Virus record (IMG/VR): IMGVR_UViG_3300021375_000013
Location: 35,765 to 99,764 of that record
Strand: one strand, 5' to 3'
Length of the DNA: 64,000 bases
DNA from: a virus
Shown: piece by piece, positions 58,937 to 64,000 of the stretch
How positions within the stretch are numbered: the stretch's first letter is position 1
Layout of the letters: each line of letters begins with the position of its first letter
Notes under the pieces: model-generated
Told to the model about the DNA's origin: nothing
What the model saw: the letters and a program-made list of their open reading frames with translations, nothing else
Database searches by the model: none
Program-made: the position numbers and the translations under genes

Positions 58937-59527
58937 ATGGAAAAGTTAAAAAAGTATATCGTTGAAAACTATGAAGGCCAGTTCACTTGGAACCAATTGG
59001 TTAGTGAAGGTATTCCTAAGTTGTTTTTGAAGATTGAGGCTGTTAAAAAGGAAATTGCAAGATTAGAGGCTGAAAGAAGAGAAGCTGTAAAACCTTGGAA
59101 AACCGAAAAAGACCCAAAAAAGAAAGAAAAAATCCTAAATGTACTTAGAGATTTAACTAAGAAGATTAAAGCCAAACAAAAGAATCTAACACAAATGTTA
59201 GATATGGAGGAGAAGTATATTTCTCAGATGGCTAAAGATACTGAGTTAGATGCTAAAGCATTTGATGGTGTTTTTGAAGATACTGATTTGGGACACCAAG
59301 ATAATGAGCCAGGTATGTTAAGAGCTGATTTAAGTATCATCGAAAGATATGCTGAGGAATTAGGTGAAATGATGAAAGATTTCGATGAAATGGATACTGA
59401 AATCGATTTACCTCATTGGTGGCAAACCAAAATCATCAAAGCAAAGGATTACATAGTTGGGGCTAAGCACTATCTAAGAGCTGAGTTAGAAAAAACTGAC
59501 GGTATATTACATAATAAAGATAAATAA
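58937..59527 (+). CDS. Probable head-internal protein
   Basis: Leader LKKYIVE..LVSE; basic coiled coil; C-terminal D.GHQDNEPGML...LP.WWQ.KI..A.DY...HYL module. Confidence 0.45.
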   Translation: MEKLKKYIVENYEGQFTWNQLVSEGIPKLFLKIEAVKKEIARLEAERREAVKPWKTEKDPKKKEKILNVLRDLTKKIKAKQKNLTQMLDMEEKYISQMAKDTELDAKAFDGVFEDTDLGHQDNEPGMLRADLSIIERYAEELGEMMKDFDEMDTEIDLPHWWQTKIIKAKDYIVGAKHYLRAELEKTDGILHNKDK

Positions 59528-59529
59528 GA

Positions 59530-59844
59530 ATGCAACCAGAATCAATCTACGCAGTAATAATTACTCTTATTACAGTATTGGGCTCAGCAGGAGCTTGGAG
59601 ATACTATGAAAAGCGTGCGCAAGAAAAGAAAGAAGAAGATGATTACATCAAAGATGATTGTGCGAAGAGAATAGATAGATTAGAAGAATTATTAGAAAGA
59701 AGTTCAAGAGAAAAAGATGAACTTAGAGAGAAAATATTAGAACTTACCAAAGATGTAGCAGAGTTAACTATCAAAGTTAAATATCTTGAGATGGAGAATA
59801 AAAGATTATTAGAACTTAATAATCAGATTCTAAATAAATCGTAA
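59530..59844 (+). CDS. Single-TM coiled-coil protein (lysis-associated?)
   Basis: N-terminal TM (IITLITVLGSAGAW) followed by a heptad coiled coil. Confidence 0.5.
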   Translation: MQPESIYAVIITLITVLGSAGAWRYYEKRAQEKKEEDDYIKDDCAKRIDRLEELLERSSREKDELREKILELTKDVAELTIKVKYLEMENKRLLELNNQILNKS

Positions 59845-59849
59845 AAATA

Positions 59850-59881
59850 TTAGGATTTTTCCTAAAAATTTCGTATATTAG
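59850..59881 (+). promoter_or_regulatory. Bacteroidota-type promoter (variant)
   Basis: TTAG-N20-TATATTAG. Confidence 0.55.
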
Positions 59882-59882
59882 T

Positions 59883-60440
59883 ATGTTTACCAAAAAGCAA
59901 GAGGATATGATAGCAAGAAGTTTATTCACAGAATCAAAAAAACTCAGAGTATTTGATTTCGATGATACACTTGTTTTCACCAATTCTTTTATATACGTTA
60001 AATCAATAGATGGTAAGGAAAAGAAACTAACACCAGGTGAATTTGCAGTATATAAAGAGAAACCAGGTGAGGAATACGATTTCAGAGATTTCTACTCTGT
60101 ACAAGAACCCAAAGAATTAAAACGAATCACTAAAGTTCTTAGAAGAATTATTGATAAGAACAAAGGAGAAGGTGTATTCATTCTAACCGCAAGACCTCAA
60201 GCGGTAGATAAGCATGTACAAAGATATTTGAAAGATATAGGAATTAAACAAAGAATTCCAGTAATAGGTTTACAATCTAATAACCCAAAAGATAAATCAG
60301 ATTGGGTTGAAAAAAAGATTGATAACGAAGGTTATGATGATGTTTATTTCGCAGATGATTCTATTAAGAATGTTAATCAAATGAAGAAGATGTTAAGAGG
60401 TAAGGATATCAAATGGCGTGTACAACACATTAAACATTAA
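59883..60440 (+). CDS. HAD-superfamily phosphatase
   Basis: VFDFDDTL, ILTAR, K, F.DDS.KN. True start may be Met 59907. Confidence 0.8.
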   Translation: MFTKKQEDMIARSLFTESKKLRVFDFDDTLVFTNSFIYVKSIDGKEKKLTPGEFAVYKEKPGEEYDFRDFYSVQEPKELKRITKVLRRIIDKNKGEGVFILTARPQAVDKHVQRYLKDIGIKQRIPVIGLQSNNPKDKSDWVEKKIDNEGYDDVYFADDSIKNVNQMKKMLRGKDIKWRVQHIKH

Positions 60441-60459
60441 AATCTTATATTTATAGTAT

Positions 60460-60909
60460 ATGATTAAGTTAACTGATATATTGAACGAAGATTGCTGGAA
60501 AGGATACAAGCAAATTGGGGGTAAAATGAAGAACGGAAAGATGGTTCCTAATTGTGTTCCTGAATCTGTTGTTAAAGAAGAATTATCTTCCAAAGATAGA
60601 ACTTTAATATATAAGTTGACAACTATGGCGTTAAAAGCAATGCCAAAATCCAAAAAACAAAAAGAGATTATAAAGAAATTAAATTTCGTTAGAACTAAAA
60701 ATGGTATGAAACCATTATCAGAAGAAGTAATAAACGAAATAGGTATTTTCAAAATAAGTAATTATATTAATGGTATAATACCAAGCGGAATGATGAATAC
60801 TGTAAACAGACAAAATAAAGAAAAGTATCAAGCAGTAATCAGAGATTTAATGCAAACATTGAATGGATTTTGGAAAAGACATAACATACCATTTAGAGTA
60901 AGGAAGTAA
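60460..60909 (+). CDS. Probable head-internal modular protein
   Basis: MIKLTDILNE leader; CWKGYKQ.G.K.K.GK.VPNCVP motif; several (I/L/V)xE sites. Confidence 0.55.
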   Translation: MIKLTDILNEDCWKGYKQIGGKMKNGKMVPNCVPESVVKEELSSKDRTLIYKLTTMALKAMPKSKKQKEIIKKLNFVRTKNGMKPLSEEVINEIGIFKISNYINGIIPSGMMNTVNRQNKEKYQAVIRDLMQTLNGFWKRHNIPFRVRK

Positions 60910-60911
60910 GT

Positions 60912-61229
60912 ATGAAACTATTAGATATTATATACCAAAACGAAGATTTAAGAAAGTGGTTCGGTAAAGGAAAGACCGGTTCATCTTCTGGTGGTGGTTG
61001 GGATAGATATAGCTCTACTGGTAAAAAATTAGGAAAATGTGGTGATGGTGATGAAGGTGATGCTTATGCAGCTTGTTTATCTAAAGAGAAAGCAGCTAAG
61101 TTAGGACCTAAAGGTAGAGCATCATTTGTAAAAAGAAAAAGAGCTGACCAAAAGAAAGCTGGTGATACTAAAAAGGGTGGAAATAGAACAAAAGGTAAGA
61201 CACCTACCTTTTCAAAAACAGGTGCATAA
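60912..61229 (+). CDS. Conserved basic phage protein, probably head-internal
   Basis: MKLLDII..NE-DLRKWF...W...GKCG...CL...KR. Confidence 0.55.
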   Translation: MKLLDIIYQNEDLRKWFGKGKTGSSSGGGWDRYSSTGKKLGKCGDGDEGDAYAACLSKEKAAKLGPKGRASFVKRKRADQKKAGDTKKGGNRTKGKTPTFSKTGA

Positions 61230-61240
61230 TAGTTACATTA

Positions 61241-61483
61241 ATGGGTAAAAAGCTAGTTACAATAAAAGTACGGAAAGGTGATATTAATCGAGCTTTAAAA
61301 AGATTCAAAAGAGCAGTAATGGATTCTGGTCATTTGTTTGAATTAAGAGAAAGACAAGAATATACCAAACCTACAACAATTAGGAGAAAACAAAAACAAA
61401 AAGCTATCAGAAATCAACAAATTGAAGATATGAAGCAAAATGAAATAGAAATTCCTAATAAAAAGAAAAAGAAAAAAAGATAA
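61241..61483 (+). CDS. rpsU: Phage-encoded ribosomal protein bS21
   Basis: I.VR..DI.RALKRFKR.....G...ELR.RQ.Y.KPT..RR....A. Confidence 0.88.
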   Translation: MGKKLVTIKVRKGDINRALKRFKRAVMDSGHLFELRERQEYTKPTTIRRKQKQKAIRNQQIEDMKQNEIEIPNKKKKKKR

Positions 61484-61499
61484 ACATATTTATTAGGGT

Positions 61500-64000
61500 A
61501 TGGCAGATAATATTAAAATATCAGAATTAGTAGAATTAACATCGGGCTCACTTAGTGATGCTACGATTTTTCCAGTTGTAGATGGTGGTAGTACTAAAAA
61601 AGCTAGTTTATCATCTTTACAGTCATACCTTACTGATGATTTAGCAACTGATGCTGAATTATCTTCACAAATTTCAAATGTTAACTCTACAATTAGTGGA
61701 TTAACAACTGATAATATTACAGAAGGTGATAATCTATACCTTACTGATAGTGGTATAGATGAAAGATTAAATACTAAAAATGTAGTAAGTTCATCTGCAC
61801 AAGTACAAGATTCATTGGGTGGTAGTAATATAGTTTCCTCATCTAACCAAATATCAGCATCAGCTGCAGCATCTGGATTCGGAGCTGGTGGAGGTGGTGG
61901 AACATCTAATTATAATGATTTAACAAACGTACCAACAGGTATAGTTTCTTCATCAGCACAAACGATAGCAAATTTAGGAAGTAGTACAATACTATCTGGT
62001 TCAATAACATCAACTGATATATCTGATTTTAGTGATGCAGTATCATCATCAGCAGCAGCTGCTGGATTTGGTGGTGAAGGTGGCGGAGGTGGTTCTTCTG
62101 ATTATGTATCGAATGTAACATTCTCAGGAACTACTTTAACATTTACAGGAGTAGGTAGTGCATTTGGTAGTGGTGTTGATTTATCTGGAGAAGGTTTAGC
62201 TTCACAATTAGATGTTGATGGTAAATTAGCAGTATCAACATATAATACGGATTCTGCATCTTTCGCATCAAGAATTGGTGGAGGTGGAGGAGGAAGTGTT
62301 CCATCTGGAACTGTTTCTTCATCAGCACAAACAATAGAACATATTAATACTATTAATGTAATATCTTCTTCAGCTCAAGTAGTAGTTCGTAGTGCTGATT
62401 TAACTAACTTCACTACTGATGATATAACTGAAGGTACTATTAACAAATATGGAACCAACGCTAATATATTATCTTATATAAACTCAATTGGAGTTGTATC
62501 TGGTTCTGGTGGTGGTGGATTTGATGTATCTGGTACTAATATTGTATCATCATCTAATCAAATTCAATTACTTGGATTTATTACTAATGGTACATTTGGA
62601 ACAGCAACAGCATCTTTACAAACTCAAATAGATAATATCGATAGTGGTATTAGTGTAAATGATGTAAACGTTTATTTAGCAAAACAAAAATATACACAAG
62701 ATATTGAAGTAACTGGTAGTATCCTACTTAACAATGGTTCATTTAGTGGTAGTGGTGCTCAATTAAGTAACATACCAGCATCAGCAGTTGTAGGACTTAG
62801 TTCTACAAATACACTAACTGATGGTTCTTCATCATTGGCAGTAGTGGAACCGCAAGGTATAACCGCTACAGTAGATTCTGGAAACTTTAGAGTAAACTTA
62901 GATAGTGGAGGTGATTTAATTGTAAGTGGTGGACACTTCTTTGCAGCTAGTGGTTCGGTATTTAGTGGTAGTGGTGCTGGATTAACTGGAATTCCAGGTT
63001 CAGCAATTGATGGTGGAGTTGATGGACAGAAAATAGCATCATCATCCTTTTCAGCATCTATTGAAGATGGAACAGGTAATTTTGTAGTAGGACCTCCTGC
63101 TATATTTGAAAGTACAATATCAGCTTCTGGTGAAATAACGGCACAATCGATTTCAGTTGGTACTTCTGGTACTCCAACAATATATTCATCCAATAACTTA
63201 AACTTATCATCATCTGGTACAGTTGTAGTTACTGATTCAGCACTTAGACTGAATCCATTAACTGATACTCAGACTGGTTCATTAACGATTCAGACTGGTG
63301 ATATGATTTTTAGTAATGATTCTAATGATTTCTATGGATATAGAGTAGTGAATGAAACTGGTAGTTGGTACTCATTAACCGAAGGTACAGTTACATCCGT
63401 AGAATGGAGTATAATAGCTGGTGTACCTGCTGGTTTAGTTTCAGCATCTTCTCAGATAACATCTTTAGGTGGTGGATTAATTTCATCATCAACACAATTA
63501 TTACCTTCTGGAGCAGCAGTTGGTACTGTTTATTTTGAAGATACTTTAGATAATATAAGTGGTTCATCTGATTTCACATATACTGCTGGAACAAAAACAT
63601 TAAATGTTAATAAGGTAGTAGCAAATGAATTAGTTTATAATACTTCTTTAACCGGAGCTGGTAACGATACTGGTTCTTATGGTAGAGTAGAAACGGATGC
63701 ATTGGAAATTAATGGAATATTAGAATTCCCAATAGCAGATGGTACAACAAATCAGGTACTAAAAACTGATGGTAATGGTAATTTAGATTTCGCAGATTTC
63801 GCAGATGTACTTGGAAATGATAATATAACAACGAATGGTACTATAACAATGGGTACAGGTTCCGTAAATACTAATTTAACTGTTGGTGGAACTTTCAATA
63901 TAGGAACTCCTGTTCATTCAACTTTCAATAATCTAACTACAACTGTTGATGCTGCAAATGTAAGTATATTATCATCTGGTTCTTTAATACTTAGTTCAAG
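61500..64000 (+). CDS. Large Ser/Gly-rich virion (fibre-like) protein, 3'-truncated (not in ORF track)
   Basis: Frame open from ATG 61500 to the window end: MADNIKISEL...FPVV.GG.TKK, TTD.ITEG repeats, VSSS(A/N)Q repeats, FSGSGA.L..IP repeats, FP.ADGT.NQVLKTDGNGNL.F. Confidence 0.8.
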   Translation, partial: MADNIKISELVELTSGSLSDATIFPVVDGGSTKKASLSSLQSYLTDDLATDAELSSQISNVNSTISGLTTDNITEGDNLYLTDSGIDERLNTKNVVSSSAQVQDSLGGSNIVSSSNQISASAAASGFGAGGGGGTSNYNDLTNVPTGIVSSSAQTIANLGSSTILSGSITSTDISDFSDAVSSSAAAAGFGGEGGGGGSSDYVSNVTFSGTTLTFTGVGSAFGSGVDLSGEGLASQLDVDGKLAVSTYNTDSASFASRIGGGGGGSVPSGTVSSSAQTIEHINTINVISSSAQVVVRSADLTNFTTDDITEGTINKYGTNANILSYINSIGVVSGSGGGGFDVSGTNIVSSSNQIQLLGFITNGTFGTATASLQTQIDNIDSGISVNDVNVYLAKQKYTQDIEVTGSILLNNGSFSGSGAQLSNIPASAVVGLSSTNTLTDGSSSLAVVEPQGITATVDSGNFRVNLDSGGDLIVSGGHFFAASGSVFSGSGAGLTGIPGSAIDGGVDGQKIASSSFSASIEDGTGNFVVGPPAIFESTISASGEITAQSISVGTSGTPTIYSSNNLNLSSSGTVVVTDSALRLNPLTDTQTGSLTIQTGDMIFSNDSNDFYGYRVVNETGSWYSLTEGTVTSVEWSIIAGVPAGLVSASSQITSLGGGLISSSTQLLPSGAAVGTVYFEDTLDNISGSSDFTYTAGTKTLNVNKVVANELVYNTSLTGAGNDTGSYGRVETDALEINGILEFPIADGTTNQVLKTDGNGNLDFADFADVLGNDNITTNGTITMGTGSVNTNLTVGGTFNIGTPVHSTFNNLTTTVDAANVSILSSGSLILSS

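Larger units (their letters stand above)
4556..61494 (+). promoter_or_regulatory. Recurrent putative late-promoter motif ATA(T/C/G)TTAT(A), 15 sites at gene junctions
   Basis: Starts at 4556, 4597, 5042, 7413, 8018, 9039, 17628, 19856, 24035, 28911, 46529, 58561, 58906, 60447 and 61486, mostly before structural, lysis or head genes. Confidence 0.7.

Noticed and set aside
4142-63193. Minus-strand and nested ORFs in the ORF track (e.g. 6783-7190, 11456-11971, 42126-42524, 62759-63193)
   Set aside because: They overlap well-supported + strand genes and have shadow-frame composition with no motifs. 28826-29017 (-) overlaps the Hc1-like start and regulatory DNA.
1-64000. Stop-codon reassignment, tRNA or rRNA genes
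   Set aside because: Core genes are full length in the standard code with dense packing; intergenic gaps are short and I saw no cloverleaf or rRNA-like sequence by eye.

Overview
This AT-rich 64 kb window is part of a large T4-like (contractile-tailed) phage genome. All credible genes are on the + strand and read in the standard code. The host is very likely a Bacteroidota (Flavobacteria-like) bacterium: ten intergenic sites match TT(T/A)G-N20-TATATT(T/A)G, the RNR is of flavobacterial type, and Hc1-like and bS21 genes are present. Gene order: a 5'-truncated repeat-built tail fibre with an S74 chaperone; sheath, tube, a tail chaperone with a probable programmed frameshift, tape measure and baseplate genes (1-16.3 kb); a divergent PolA-like gene, amidase endolysin and a tryptophan-halogenase cassette (16-24 kb); a replication and nucleotide block (SSB, UvsX, RNase H/FEN, helicase, RNR, thioredoxin, PolB, clamp, clamp loader) interleaved with two Mom-family genes, a DUF4338 gene and two glycosyltransferases (24-46.5 kb); a 12 kb glycan-building island (46.5-58.5 kb); then holin-like and probable head-internal proteins, bS21 and a 3'-truncated Ser-rich virion protein. 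Best leads: (1) an unannotated histone-H1-like (Hc1) gene directly upstream of a SET-domain methyltransferase; (2) a [S/T]-[G/A/S]-S motif strongly enriched in virion proteins, alongside a late-motif-led glycosyltransferase island, suggesting sequon-directed virion glycosylation; (3) a replisome-embedded Mom/Mom/DUF4338/GT DNA-modification set; (4) a bS21 that may free the anti-SD. All family calls come from motif recognition by eye; no searches were run.
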